From an uncultured Planctomycetota bacterium (GTDB taxonomy: Bacteria > Planctomycetota > Planctomycetia > Isosphaerales > Isosphaeraceae), in NCBI GenBank assembly GCA_963777705.1, contig CAVZRT010000002.1, positions 270,575 through 334,574 of the forward strand: DNA of 64,000 nucleotides, given 5' to 3'. The position numbers and the translations under genes are program-made. Positions 52,832 to 63,182 of this stretch are shown one piece after another (the first letter of the stretch is position 1; the number at the start of each line of letters is the position of its first letter). The notes beneath the pieces were generated by a model. That model had not been told where the DNA came from and ran no database searches. It was given only the letters and a program-made list of their open reading frames with translations.

Positions 52832-53635
52832 ATGAGCAAGCTCGCGAGGCGAATCCTGCCCGTCCTGACGGCCCTTGCGATCGCCGCCCCTGCGCAAGCG
52901 TGGGGACCTCAGGCGCACCGGGTGATCACCCAGGTGGCCGTCGATCGCCTCACGCCCCAGGCGGCGAAGGCCGTCCGCGAGCTGCTCTTCGAGGGCGACA
53001 CCCTGGTCGGATTGGCCAGTTGGGCCGACCACGAAGGGCACGACGCGGTCCCGAACGGCGCCGGCTGGCATTACGTGAACGTGTCGATCACCAGCCCCCG
53101 TTTCGAGGAGAATCGCCACGCCAGGGGGGACAACGTCGTCACCAAGATCAAGCACTACCGCGCCGTCCTTGCCGACAAGAAGGCCCCGAAGCGAGAGCGG
53201 CAACGCGCCCTCCTGTTCCTCGTCCACTTCGTCGAAGATATCCATCAACCCCTGCATGTTGGCGACCACGACGACCGCGGCGGGAACCTCACGCAAGTCC
53301 AGTTCTTCGGCGAAGGCACGAACCTGCATCGCCTGTGGGATTCGGACCTGATCCACCGCATCGGCGGCAACGATCGGGCGTGGGTCGACCGCCTGGAACG
53401 CCAGATCACGCCCGCCTCCGCCAAGAAATGGTCCGAGGGCGGGGTCGACGCCTGGGCCGATGAGTCGCTGCAAGAGGCCAAGAAGGCTTATCGCGGGCCC
53501 GGTCGCGAAACCTTCCTGAACTCCGGCGCCATCCTCGGTGAAGACTACGTCAAGTTTGCCGAGCCCATCCTGCGAGAGCAGATGGCCAGGGCCGCCGTCC
53601 GCCTGGCCGACGAGTTGAACGCGACTTTCAAGTGA
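52832..53635 (+). CDS. S1/P1-family zinc-dependent nuclease
   Basis: Signal peptide ending with the mature N-terminal Trp (AQAWGPQAHR). Conserved HY(V/H)N, HFVEDIHQPLH and GDHDDRGGN motifs. Confidence 0.8.
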   Translation: MSKLARRILPVLTALAIAAPAQAWGPQAHRVITQVAVDRLTPQAAKAVRELLFEGDTLVGLASWADHEGHDAVPNGAGWHYVNVSITSPRFEENRHARGDNVVTKIKHYRAVLADKKAPKRERQRALLFLVHFVEDIHQPLHVGDHDDRGGNLTQVQFFGEGTNLHRLWDSDLIHRIGGNDRAWVDRLERQITPASAKKWSEGGVDAWADESLQEAKKAYRGPGRETFLNSGAILGEDYVKFAEPILREQMARAAVRLADELNATFK

Positions 53636-53646
53636 TGGTCGATGGA

Positions 53647-54846
53647 TCAGTTCAGCAGCATATCATGACCCCTGGCCGGCCCCGTGGGGAAGTGATCCAG
53701 GTCGACCTTGAACTTCGGGTCGACGTGCATCCCCTTGTCGTCGATGCGGATCAGCTTGACCCAGAACGAGTTGTCGCGATCCAGCGTGCTCAATAGCGAG
53801 TTGGACACGTACATCCGCAGGCCGTCGCCGGTCGTGTGCATCATGTTGGGCTGGGTGCCGATCACGGCCTCGCTGAAGAGCCTGGGGTGGTCGGGATCGG
53901 TCACGTCGAATTGCTGGATCTTGTCGCCGCCGAAGTTGCTCACGAAGAGATACCGATCATCGGGACTCTGCCGCAAATCGGCCGGCAGCGGGCCGGTGTC
54001 GGCCACCTTCTTGAATTCGTACTGGCCGTCGGGCTTGCCCCGGAACAGCCAGAGCGAATTGTCGAGTGCGCAATTCGTGAAGCCGTAATTCGCGCCCTTC
54101 TTCAGCGACCAGCGGATCTCCAGCGGGGCCGCGCCGGCCGTGCCTACCTGGATCGGCTTCCTCGCCTTGAAATCCCACACGACCATGCCCGTGCCGAAGT
54201 CCTTCGGGTCCATCTCCTTGAACGGCTTGCTGTAATTGCGCAACGGCGTGAAGCTGCTCGTGACCATCCGGTTCAATTCGGGCTTCACGGCCACGTCGTA
54301 ACCATAGGGGGCGTCTTTCGGCTGGTCGATCCGGCGGATGAACTTGCCGTCATTGGTGAACTCGGCCATCCCCGCGGGCAAGCCGCCGTCTTTGGCGCCC
54401 AGGAAGCTAAGGAGCATGCGGCCGGGGAGTGCATAATAGGTGTGAGGCCCGGTCATGCCGGTCAATTCGGGGACGTTGTCCAGGACCTTCTCAATCCGAG
54501 GCTTCGCCGGGTCGGTCGCCACGTCAATCAGCCAGATCTTGCTCGAAAACAGCCCGCCGGCCCAGATCCGCGTGCGGTCGTCGGTGTACCCCCAGTGGTG
54601 CGTCTCGTTCCCCTTCGTGCCCAGGTCAAGCGTGTGGATCACCTGCGAATACGTCTTGCTCTGCGGGTCCACGTCGATGACCGCGACGAAGTCATTGTCC
54701 CTGGCGTCGGCGTCCACGCAGAACAGATAAAGGTATTTCTCCGGGCGATCCAGCCGCTTCACGAACGGCGACATGCACGTCTCGGCGCTCGCCGTGGTCG
54801 CGACCAGCAGAAGGATCAACCCGCGCAAAATCCGTCGGACGTCCAT
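53647..54846 (-). CDS. Selenium-binding protein (SBP56) family / methanethiol oxidase-like protein
   Basis: Signal peptide MDVRRILRGLILLLVATTASA. Beta-propeller SBP56 pattern (LYLFCVDADARDNDF..., HHWGY, GPHTYYALPG, YVSNSL). Confidence 0.8.
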   Translation of the reverse strand: MDVRRILRGLILLLVATTASAETCMSPFVKRLDRPEKYLYLFCVDADARDNDFVAVIDVDPQSKTYSQVIHTLDLGTKGNETHHWGYTDDRTRIWAGGLFSSKIWLIDVATDPAKPRIEKVLDNVPELTGMTGPHTYYALPGRMLLSFLGAKDGGLPAGMAEFTNDGKFIRRIDQPKDAPYGYDVAVKPELNRMVTSSFTPLRNYSKPFKEMDPKDFGTGMVVWDFKARKPIQVGTAGAAPLEIRWSLKKGANYGFTNCALDNSLWLFRGKPDGQYEFKKVADTGPLPADLRQSPDDRYLFVSNFGGDKIQQFDVTDPDHPRLFSEAVIGTQPNMMHTTGDGLRMYVSNSLLSTLDRDNSFWVKLIRIDDKGMHVDPKFKVDLDHFPTGPARGHDMLLN

Positions 54847-55278
54847 CAGCCAACCCCTCCTTGATGCGAATGACCGAAGTGGAATCCTGAGTATAGGGAT
54901 CGACATGGCCATGTCCATACCCGCGGCGCCTGGACATTTCTCAAGGAAGGCGGGCGGCGAAAAACTCGACTTCCGAGGCCGGACCGGAAGTTTCGCAGAC
55001 CAGCCCATGAAACCATCCATGTCGACCGACCGTCCAATTCCGACGCAGCGCGGATGCGCCGAAACGTGCCCGGACGTGTTTCCACGCGCCCCAGGACTGC
55101 GCAATTTCGCGCCGCCTTTTCCGAAGCCCATCGCCCATTCCCCATCGATAAGTCGTTGCAGAGTCATGGTTTGCGTTCCATTCTTTCGATCTATCTCGAC
55201 GATCGCGCGATCCGGGATTTGGCTTCGTTTCGCAGAATCACACTGCAACACGGTGGCTTTGTTTGGGAGAATTCTCAT

Positions 55279-55378
55279 GTCCGGTTAAGTCCTGGTAGGG
55301 CCGGTTATTACCGGCCGTCCTTCGCGCAGATCAACGCAGCCGGTTAATACCGCCCCTACCAGGACCCAACCGTCCGGC
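55279..55378. repeat. About 100-bp imperfect inverted-repeat element
   Basis: Arms CCTGGTAGGGCCGGTTATTACCGGC / GCCGGTTAATACCGCCCCTACCAGG, flanked by GTCCGGTTAAG...ACCGTCCGGC. Confidence 0.3.
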
Positions 55379-55546
55379 GCAGTCCCGGACGAGGGAAGTA
55401 TCGGGATCGACCAGTCCCGGCGATCGCACGATCGGAGGACATCTCCGAACCATCCGAGGATTGTCGCTACGAAAAACTAAATGTGTCCGGACCAGTGAAC
55501 TGGAAGCTCCGAGAGCGTTGTAACCCTACCCGCGAGTCGGGAGCGA

Positions 55547-55607
55547 TTGTTGTGGGGTAGGCGTCCCGCCTGCCGAATTCCAGGCAGGCGGGACGCCTAC
55601 CCTACAA
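55547..55607. repeat. Palindromic repeat element, copy 2 (variant of the 24431..24488 element)
   Basis: TTGTGGGGTAGGCGTCCCGCCTGCC-GAATTCC-AGGCAGGCGGGACGCCTACCCTACAA. It shares the GCGTCCCGCCTGCCGAATTNCAGGCAGGCGGGACGC core. Confidence 0.6.
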
Positions 55608-56078
55608 GGACGCCCGGCTTACCCAAGGGTAAAGGTAGAAGCCCTCACTGAAAAATTTTTCGCCTCCATCAAGGAATTTTCTTGCTATCCATCCATGACT
55701 GCATGAAAATCGAGGATGCCGGAAAGATCTTCTGGCTGGTAGACTTCGTGAGCACGAAAACTTGCGGCTGTTTTTCGTAAACCAAACGAGAGTCGGGAAT
55801 TACCACCATTAACGCGATTTGTGCGAACTAACGGCACCTGGTTTGCGTCTAACCTAGATAGCGTGAATGCAAGACTGGATTCTGAGGCCTTGTGAACGTT
55901 TCTTGGCGAGAAAACGGCGACGATCGCGAATCCTTGGTGAATGGCCGCGTCTAAGAGAGACGACAATTCTGGATTTTGCTCGTCCGCCACCGGGTTTTTG
56001 GATCGTAGAGTAGACAACAGGGGCGGCTCGACGGCGTCCGTGATCGGGCGGAACTCTCGTGAGGGGGAGAATTTCAGG

Positions 56079-57763
56079 ATGAGCGACGCCTACAACCATC
56101 CCGCATTGCGGCAGTTGAAAGAGCAGCAGGCGAGGTTCGCACCCAAGGAACGCCGCCTCGAACAGATCGACCGCGCCGAGAAACTCCTGGCCGAGATCGA
56201 CGTCGAAAAACGTTACCCCTACGAATATCTGGTCTTCCGCATCACGGGATTCCGTCCCGAAGGCGCACCGGCGCTGATCCTTGACGGGACGGACGTCCGG
56301 CACGACCTGCGGCTGTTCGTCGAGAATCTCTCCGAGACCGTCAGCCAGAAGGCGGAGCTGGCCCCCGAGCCGGTGCTCACGGTCGAGGCCGTGGGCAAGC
56401 GGTTCAACGTGTCGACCCGGACGGTCACGCGATGGCGACGCCAGGGCCTGGTCGCCCGCCGGTTCGTGATCGAGGGACGCACGAAGGTCGGGATTCCTGG
56501 AATCGAGCGTGTCGCGATTCGTCGACGAGCATCGCGATCAGGTCGTGCGAGGCTCGCGATTCCGCCAGTTGACCGATGCCGAGCGCGACGAGATCATCCG
56601 CCGCGCCCGCAGGATGGCGGGTGTGGGGGGACCGGGCAGATTGACCGAGATCGCCCGCCGCATCGGCCGCAAGATGGACCGCTCCACGGAAACGATCCGC
56701 GCCACGCTCAAGGCCTACGACCGCGATCATCCCGATCGCGCGATCTTCGAGCCCACGGCCGCCCCCCTGGATGAAGACGCCAAGGCGCTTGATCTACAAG
56801 CAGTTTCGTCGCGGCGTATCGGCCGAGGCGCTGGCCGCCCAGTTCGGCCGGACGCGTTCGAGCGTGTACCGCGTCTTGAACGAGATGAGGGCGATCGAAG
56901 CTGCTGGAAGTGAAGCTCGAGTTCATGACGCACGAGAGCTTCCTGGACGCCGGAAAGTCACGCCGAGATCCTCGGCCCCGCTGCCCGAGCCGGCCGACCG
57001 CAAGGCCCCTCGGAAGACGCGTGCGCCCAAGGGGTTGCCGCCGTATCTCGCGAGCCTGTACGAGGTTGCGCTGCTTGTCGCGCGAGCAGGAAGCCCACCT
57101 GTTTCGCAAGATGAACTTCCTCAAGTACCGCGCCCAGGCCTTCCGCGACGCCATGGACCCCGCCAAGGCCCGCAGCGCCGAGCTGGACCGGATCGAGCAG
57201 TTGCAGGAGGAGGCGCTGGCGGTCAAGAACCAGATCATCCGCTCCAACTTGCGGCTGGTCGTCTCGATCGCCAAGAGGCACGTCGGGCCGTCGAACAACT
57301 TCTTCGAGCTGGTCTCCGACGGCAACATGTCGCTGATCCGCGCCGTCGAGAAGTTCGACTACTCCACGGGGTTACAAATTCAGCACGTATGCCTCATGGG
57401 CGATCATGAAGAACTTCGCCCGCACGATCCCGGAGGAGAATTACCGCCGCGACCGGTTCGTCACGGGCCACGAGGAGATGTTCGAGGCCGCCGCCGACAA
57501 CCGGGCCGACGAGCACGAGTACGAGAACGCCCTGAAGCGGATGCAGGAGGCCGTCAAGGGGATGCTCGGCCGGCTCGACGACCGCGAGCGACGCATCATC
57601 ATCAGCCGGTTCGGCCTCGGGCGGCGCCAGCGAGCAGACGCTGGAGCAACTCGGCCGGGAGCTGGGGATCACCAAGGAGCGGGTCCGGCAGATCGAGTCG
57701 CGCGCCCAGGACAAACTCCGCAAGTTCGCCGGCGAGGAGAAGTTGGACCTGCCCATGCTTTGA
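56079..57763 (+). CDS. RNA polymerase sigma-70 family factor, RpoD/SigA-like with N-terminal extension (at least 5 apparent frameshifts)
   Basis: SD GAGGGGGAGA before the ATG. Region 1.2/2 ([17 protein letters not shown]...[12 protein letters not shown]...[22 protein letters not shown]). Region 4 ([30 protein letters not shown]). The reading frame jumps between 4 ORF fragments. A roughly 450-bp AT-rich 5' region lies upstream. Confidence 0.7.
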
Positions 57764-58006
57764 GGCGAACCCGCGACGCCCGGCCGGGCTCTGGGAAGTG
57801 GACGCGGCGTTTTTTCCGGGAAGGCCTTGCCGAGATCATGCGCCGGCGAGTAACATTGCCACTTCCCGCTACGGATTCGCCCGCCCCGGCATGTCCGGGG
57901 ACGACGTGGGATTTGCGCGATCTTTGGTTTTTCGCTTCTCGGTGAAATCGGGCTTGCATCGCCCGATCGATGATGATATAGTAAGGAATTTCACGGCCTC
58001 GTCGGT

Positions 58007-58080
58007 CGCTGGCGTAGCTCAATTGGCAGAGCACCGGTTTTGTAAACCGAAGGTTGTGAGTTCGACTCTCACCGCCAGCT
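58007..58080 (+). tRNA. tRNA-Thr (anticodon TGT)
   Basis: Cloverleaf: acceptor GCTGGCG/CGCCAGC, D-arm GCTCAATTGGCAGAGC, anticodon loop TTTGTAA, T-loop TTCGACT. Confidence 0.8.
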
Positions 58081-58136
58081 CTGCTGCGCCCGTGGCCGTG
58101 ACGCCGGGCGGCCGGGCGCGGCCTCTCGAGGCGCGC

Positions 58137-58218
58137 GGGTGGATACCCAAGTGGCTAAAGGGGCCAGACTGTAAATCTGGTGGCACTGCCTTCGCAGGTT
58201 CGAATCCTGCTCCACCCA
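58137..58218 (+). tRNA. tRNA-Tyr (anticodon GTA) with long variable arm
   Basis: GGGTGGA.../...TCCACCC acceptor, anticodon loop CTGTAAA, long variable arm, T-loop TTCGAAT. Confidence 0.8.
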
Positions 58219-58333
58219 TGCCGGCCGATCGGATCGTCCAGGACGACGGACGAACGGCACTCATGACCAGACGGGACGACCACGACCTCCCGTCGAGCCC
58301 GACTCGACCGACGCGGACCGTTCGGCGGAGATC

Positions 58334-58404
58334 GCGGGTGTAACTCAATGGTAGAGTACCTGCCTTCCAAGCAGGCAACGTGGGTTCGATTCCCATCACC
58401 CGCT
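58334..58404 (+). tRNA. tRNA-Gly (anticodon TCC)
   Basis: GCGGGTG/CACCCGC acceptor, anticodon stem-loop CCTGC-CTTCCAA-GCAGG, T-loop TTCGATT. Confidence 0.8.
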
Positions 58405-58514
58405 CTCGTATCGGACGGGCATGAGTCGACGAATCAGGGCCCGATCGCTCCGAGACGACCTTCGCTTCGACGCAACCACGGATGAGACCACGCTGGATCC
58501 ACCGCACTCATTTC

Positions 58515-58587
<73 letters not shown>

Positions 58588-58749
58588 TTCGGGATCGAGC
58601 CGCCGGGACCGCAGACGATCGGCCGAATCCGTGGCCCGCCCGGTGACGACTAGCCCGAGCTCGACGTTGAGGCGGCCGGGGCGGTTCGGCGGCCCGCCCG
58701 CAACGACGATGACGCCCAAGGGCGTTGCAGCAGAGCGACAGGAGTTACG

Positions 58750-59966
58750 ATGGCCAAGGAAACTTTCACCCGGACGAAGCCGCACGTCAACGTGGGGACC
58801 ATCGGGCACATCGACCACGGCAAGACGACCCTGACGGCGGCCCTGCTGGCGGTCCTGGCGGCCCACGGGCATGGCCAAGGCCAAGGAGTACGCGGACATC
58901 GCCAAGGGCGGCACGGTCCGCGACGCCAACAAGACCGTCACCATCGCCGTCTCGCACGTCGAGTACGAGAGCGAGAAGCGGCACTACGCCCACATCGACT
59001 GCCCGGGGCACGCCGACTACATCAAGAACATGATCACCGGCGCCGCCCAGATGGACGGCGCGATCCTCGTCGTCTCGGCCGCCGACGGCCCGATGCCGCA
59101 GACCCGCGAGCACATCCTCCTGGCCCGCCAGGTCGGCGTGCCGGCGCTGGTCGTCTTCCTCAACAAGGTCGACCTGGTCGACGACGAGGAACTGCTGGAG
59201 CTGGTCGAGATACGAGCTCCGCGACCTGCTGAAGCACTACAAGTTCCCCGGCGACGAGATCCCGATCACCCGCGGCTGCAGCCCGCCCGGCGCTGGAGAA
59301 CCCGACCGACCCCGAGGCCGCCGAAGTGCATCCTCGACCTCGTCAAGACGATGGACGACTACATCCCGGAGCCGGTCCGCGAGATCGACAAGCCGTTCCT
59401 GATGCCGATCGAGGACGTGTTCTCGATCAAGGGCCGCGGCACCGTCGGCACCGGCAAGATCGAGCGCGGCAAGATCAAGGTCGGCGACGCCGTCGAGATC
59501 GTCGGGTTCGACCGCAACAAGAACTCGGTCGTCACCGGCGTCGAGATGTTCCAGAAGACCATGGACGAGGGCATGGCCGGCGACAACGTCGGCATCCTCC
59601 TGCGAGGCGTGGAGAAGACGGACCTGGAGCGCGGGCAGGTCGTCTGCAAGCCGGGCTCGATCACCCCGCACACCAAGTTCGAGGCCGAGGTGTACGTCCT
59701 CTCGCAAGGACGAGGGCGGCCGTCACACCCCGTTCTTCAAGAACTACCGGCCGCAGTTCTACTTCCGCACCACCGACGTGACCGGTTCGGTCCTGAACCT
59801 CCTGTCCGAGGACGGTGCGGAGGCGGAGATGTGCATGCCGGGCGACAACATCAAGATGACCGTCGAGCTGCACACGCCGATCGCGATGGAGCAGAACCTC
59901 CGCTTCGCCATCCGCGAGGGCGGCAAGACGGTCGGCGCCGGCGTCGTGACCAAGATCCTCGTCTAA
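58750..59966 (+). CDS. tuf: Elongation factor Tu (interrupted by at least 4 single-base insertions)
   Basis: [74 protein letters not shown], and the C-terminal [15 protein letters not shown]. The pieces lie in alternating frames at about 58880, 59212, 59260-59310 and 59705. A planctomycete-type insertion ([13 protein letters not shown]) is present. Confidence 0.9.
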
Positions 59967-60029
59967 AGGATGGCCCCGCGTCGCCTCACAAGGGGCTGAC
60001 GCGGGGCATCTTGCTGGAGCAGGTGGACC

Positions 60030-60183
60030 ATGCGTGAGTATGTCTGGCTCGAATGCACCTCGTGCGGCGAGCGGAATTATCGGACCCCGAAGGAAACGCG
60101 GGGTGCCGAGCGGCTCGACCTGAAGAAATACTGTTCCAAGCGAGCGGAAGCACACTCCGCACAAGGAATCGCGCAAGAAGTGA
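60030..60183 (+). CDS. rpmG: 50S ribosomal protein L33 (one frameshift near 60140)
   Basis: [25 protein letters not shown]...LKKYCSK. The C-terminal ...[12 protein letters not shown] is recovered in the +1 frame. Confidence 0.7.
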
Positions 60184-60227
60184 GGCGAAGGGCGGCGATC
60201 GGGGATCGTCGCCCGGTCCGTTACGCT

Positions 60228-60300
60228 ACGAGCGTAGCTCAATTGGTAGAGCAGCGGTCTCCAAAACCGCAGGTTGGGGGTTCGATTCCCTCCGCTCGTG
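60228..60300 (+). tRNA. tRNA-Trp (anticodon CCA)
   Basis: ACGAGCG/CGCTCGT acceptor, anticodon stem-loop GCGGT-CTCCAAA-ACCGC, T-loop TTCGATT. It sits in the conserved position upstream of secE. Confidence 0.8.
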
Positions 60301-60400
60301 CCTCGGGACAGGGCTGGGATCGGGCGGATTTCGGTCTCCAGGCGTCCCGCGAATCGCACTTTCTGGCTCCGTCCTGTACAGCGAGGTTGGGTAGGCGCTC

Positions 60401-60931
60401 ATGGCTAAAGTCAAAGACGAAGCGCCGGTGAAGTCGGCCAAGGCGGCCCCCAAGGGGGGATTTCGCAGGGCGAGCGGCCGGATCGTGCCGTTCTTCGTCA
60501 ACATGCTTGAGACCGGCCATTACAAGCCCACGCAGGGGAAGAACGCCCGCCTGTGGACGGCCATCGGCCTGGGTGCTTTGGTCGCCGCCGGCCTCTATCA
60601 GTTCTACGAGCAATACCTCAAGGATCAGGTCTGGTCCGAGCTTTATCGCTACGGGATCCCCGCCGCCATCGGCCTGGCCTTCGCCTGGATCATCTGGCGG
60701 ATCGTGCAGTTCCCCGCGTTCGCCGACTTCCTGATCGCGACCGAAGCCGAGATGAACAAGGTCTCGTGGACCAGCCGCGACGACCTCTATCGGGCGACCG
60801 TCGTGGTCCTCTGCACGGTGCTTTTCATGGCCGTCTACCTGTTCGGCGTCGACACCCTGTGGTCGGCCCTGTTGCAAGCGATCGGCGTCCTGCGATTTTC
60901 GAGCGGCAGCTATGGATCCCAGGCAGGTTGA
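60401..60931 (+). CDS. secE: Preprotein translocase subunit SecE (long, 3-TM form)
   Basis: Intact 176-aa ORF. C-terminal conserved SecE segment (KVSWTSRDDLYRATVVVLCTVLFMAVYLFGVDTLWSALL). Confidence 0.8.
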   Translation: MAKVKDEAPVKSAKAAPKGGFRRASGRIVPFFVNMLETGHYKPTQGKNARLWTAIGLGALVAAGLYQFYEQYLKDQVWSELYRYGIPAAIGLAFAWIIWRIVQFPAFADFLIATEAEMNKVSWTSRDDLYRATVVVLCTVLFMAVYLFGVDTLWSALLQAIGVLRFSSGSYGSQAG

Positions 60932-60974
60932 GCCCCGACCGAATTCCCGAATTTTCCCCACCGCGTGACGCTTC

Positions 60975-61689
60975 ATGAGCCATCCGACCGAAGAGACCCA
61001 CGAACCGGCCATCCCGCCCGGCGACGGCGCGCCCTCGCTGGGCGTCGCCAATGTTTTCGAGGTCGAGGAGCAGACCCCCGACGGCGGGCCCGCCGCGCCC
61101 GTGGCCCCTCCCAAGCCCGCCCCCGCGCCGGTCGATCCCGACGAGGAGCCGCCGCCCGAACTCGTCTGGTACGTGCTCAAAGTCCAGAGCAGCCGCGAGG
61201 ATACGATTCGCGACGCGCTGGAGCGTCGGGTCAAGATCCAGGGGTTGCAGCGCTTCTTCGGCCGGATCGTGGTGCCGACCGAGAAGATCACCGAGATCCG
61301 CAACAACAAGAAGAAGATCGTCGAGCGCAAGAGCTATCCCGGCTACATCATGGTCGAGATGGAGCTGAACGAGAAGACCTGGTTCACGGTCCGCGAGACC
61401 CCCGGCGTGGGGGATTTCGTCGGCGCCCACGGCCAGCCCTCGAAGATGACCGAGGCGGAAGTCAACCAGATGCTCGGCGCAGACGGCCACCGAGACCGAG
61501 GCCACGCCGAAGGTCCGGATCGACGTCGAGCGCGGCGACCGCGTGAAGATCAAGGACGGCCCGTTCGAGAACTTCGAGGGCTCGGTCGAGGAAGTCATCG
61601 AGCAGCGCGGCCTGGTCAAGGTCATGCTGATCATCTTCAACCGGCCCACGCCGGTGGACCTGGAATACTGGCAGGTTGAGCGAATCTAG
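60975..61689 (+). CDS. nusG: Transcription termination/antitermination factor NusG with Pro-rich N-terminal extension (frameshift near 61480)
   Basis: NGN domain ([21 protein letters not shown]...[28 protein letters not shown]). KOW domain ([21 protein letters not shown]...[24 protein letters not shown]) in the second frame. Confidence 0.85.
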
Positions 61690-61730
61690 GGAACCGGTGC
61701 ATTGCATGCACCCCAGAGAGAGCGGGTACG

Positions 61731-62156
61731 ATGGCCAAGGTGATGACGGCGAAGGTGAAGTTGCAGTGTGTCGGCGGACAGGCCACGCCCGCGCCCCCGG
61801 TCGGCCCCGCGCTGGGCCAGCATGGCGTGAATATCGGCCAGTTCGTCATGCAGTTCAACGAGCGCACCAAGGAGATGAAGGGCACGGTGATCCCGGTCGA
61901 GATCACCATTTATTCGGACCGCTCGTTCGAGTTCATCACCAAGAGCCCGCCCGCCGCCGTCTTGCTGAAGCAGACCGCGGGCATGGCGTCGGGCTCGGCC
62001 GAGCCTCACAAGACGAAGGTGGCCACGGTCACGATGGCGCAGGTGCAGAAGATCGCCGAGACGAAGTTCCAGGACCTCAACGCCCGCGACATCGAGCACG
62101 CCTGCCGGATCATCGCCGGCACCGCTCGGAGCATGGGCATCGACGTGAAAGGATGA
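61731..62156 (+). CDS. rplK: 50S ribosomal protein L11
   Basis: Intact 141-aa ORF. MAKV...KLQ...[21 protein letters not shown]...N. Confidence 0.95.
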   Translation: MAKVMTAKVKLQCVGGQATPAPPVGPALGQHGVNIGQFVMQFNERTKEMKGTVIPVEITIYSDRSFEFITKSPPAAVLLKQTAGMASGSAEPHKTKVATVTMAQVQKIAETKFQDLNARDIEHACRIIAGTARSMGIDVKG

Positions 62157-62210
62157 GCCGCCTCGGCTTTCCCGGACCGTTCTTGATATCCGCCCGTCGC
62201 GACTCGTGAC

Positions 62211-62282
62211 GGGCGGCTAGCTCAGTGGTCCGAGCAGGCCCCTTATAAGGGCCCGGTGAGGGTTCGATTCCCTCGCCGCCTA
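62211..62282 (+). tRNA. tRNA-like cloverleaf with anticodon TAT (tRNA-Ile-UAU-like); uncertain
   Basis: Acceptor GGGCGGC/GCCGCCT (G1-U72), D-arm GCTC-AGTGGTCC-GAGC, anticodon stem-loop GGCCC-CTTATAA-GGGCC, 4-nt variable loop, T-arm GAGGG-TTCGATT-CCCTC. The 5' end overlaps a hairpin (CCGCCCGTC...GACGGGCGG) that could instead be the rplK terminator. Confidence 0.45.
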
Positions 62283-62379
62283 CTCGACCCGAAACATCTC
62301 GCCCCGGCGCGACCGCCCGCCGGACCCTTGCGAGCGAACTATACGGCGGCAGCCCCCTATTTTGACGGGAGCGAACAGC

Positions 62380-63057
62380 TTGGCGTATCAATCGAAACGG
62401 TTCCGCGCCTTGAAGGAGAAGGTCAGGCCCGACCCGCTCCCCCTGGCCGAGGCCGTCAAGCAACTCAAGTCGTTCGGAACGACGAAGTTCGTCCAGACCG
62501 TCGAGGTCTCGACGAACCTGGGGATCGACCCCCGCCAGAGCGACCAGAACGTGCGAGGCTCGGTGGCCCTGCCCCACGGGATCGGCAAGACCGTCCGCGT
62601 GGCCGTCTTCGCGCAGGGCGATAACGCCGAGAAGGCCCGCGCCGCGGGCGCCGACATCGTCGGCGGCGACGACCTGGCGCAGAAGATCAAGGGCGGGTTC
62701 ATGGACTTCGACGTGGCCCTGGCCACGCCCGACATGATGGGCGTGGTCGGCCCCCTGGGTCGCGTGCTCGGCCCTCGCGGCCTCATGCCCAGCCCTCGCT
62801 CGGGCACCGTCACCACCGACATCACGGCGGGCGTGAAGGAGTTCAAGGCGGGCAAGATCGAGTTCCGCTCGGACAAGGGCGGCAACGTGGCGGCGGCCGT
62901 GGGGAAGATCAACTTCTCCGACGAGCAACTGATCGAAAACATCACCGCGTTCCTCAATCACCTCCGCACGGTCAAGCCGGCGGCGGCGAAGGGGGCATAT
63001 ATCCGCTCGGTCACCATCTCGGCCACCATGAGCCCGGGCATCCGGGTCGTCGCCTAA
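62380..63057 (+). CDS. rplA: 50S ribosomal protein L1
   Basis: Probable TTG start (GGGAG SD), giving [11 protein letters not shown]... Conserved L1 motifs throughout. The ORF track starts 18 nt earlier, at 62362. Confidence 0.9.
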   Translation: MAYQSKRFRALKEKVRPDPLPLAEAVKQLKSFGTTKFVQTVEVSTNLGIDPRQSDQNVRGSVALPHGIGKTVRVAVFAQGDNAEKARAAGADIVGGDDLAQKIKGGFMDFDVALATPDMMGVVGPLGRVLGPRGLMPSPRSGTVTTDITAGVKEFKAGKIEFRSDKGGNVAAAVGKINFSDEQLIENITAFLNHLRTVKPAAAKGAYIRSVTISATMSPGIRVVA

Positions 63058-63182
63058 GGGGGGAAGCTTTAAGCTTTAAGCTCCAAGCCATAAGCTTTAA
63101 GCCAGGGAGCCATCGGCACCGGATGGCATTTCGACCCTCGGCTTTCAGCGTATAGCTTGCAGCCTGGAGCCTACAGCCCGCT
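63058..63182 (+). promoter_or_regulatory. rplJ leader region with tandem heptamer repeats (AAGCTTT AAGCTTT AAGCTCC AAGCCAT AAGCTTT AAGCC)
   Basis: It occupies the position of the L10(L12)4 autoregulatory leader between rplA and rplJ. A second short repeat GCAGCCTGGAGCCTACAGCC follows. Confidence 0.4.

Noticed and set aside
55685-56017. 110-aa minus-strand ORF in the AT-rich leader of the RpoD-like sigma gene
   Set aside because: No recognisable domain, and it lies antisense within a long promoter/leader region. Composition is driven by the AT-rich regulatory DNA. Kept only as a remote possibility.
62190-62216. Hairpin CCGCCCGTC-N9-GACGGGCGG as a standalone rplK terminator
   Set aside because: Not rejected outright, but its 3' arm coincides with the acceptor stem of the tRNA-like cloverleaf. 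Reported within the tRNA finding rather than as a separate terminator.
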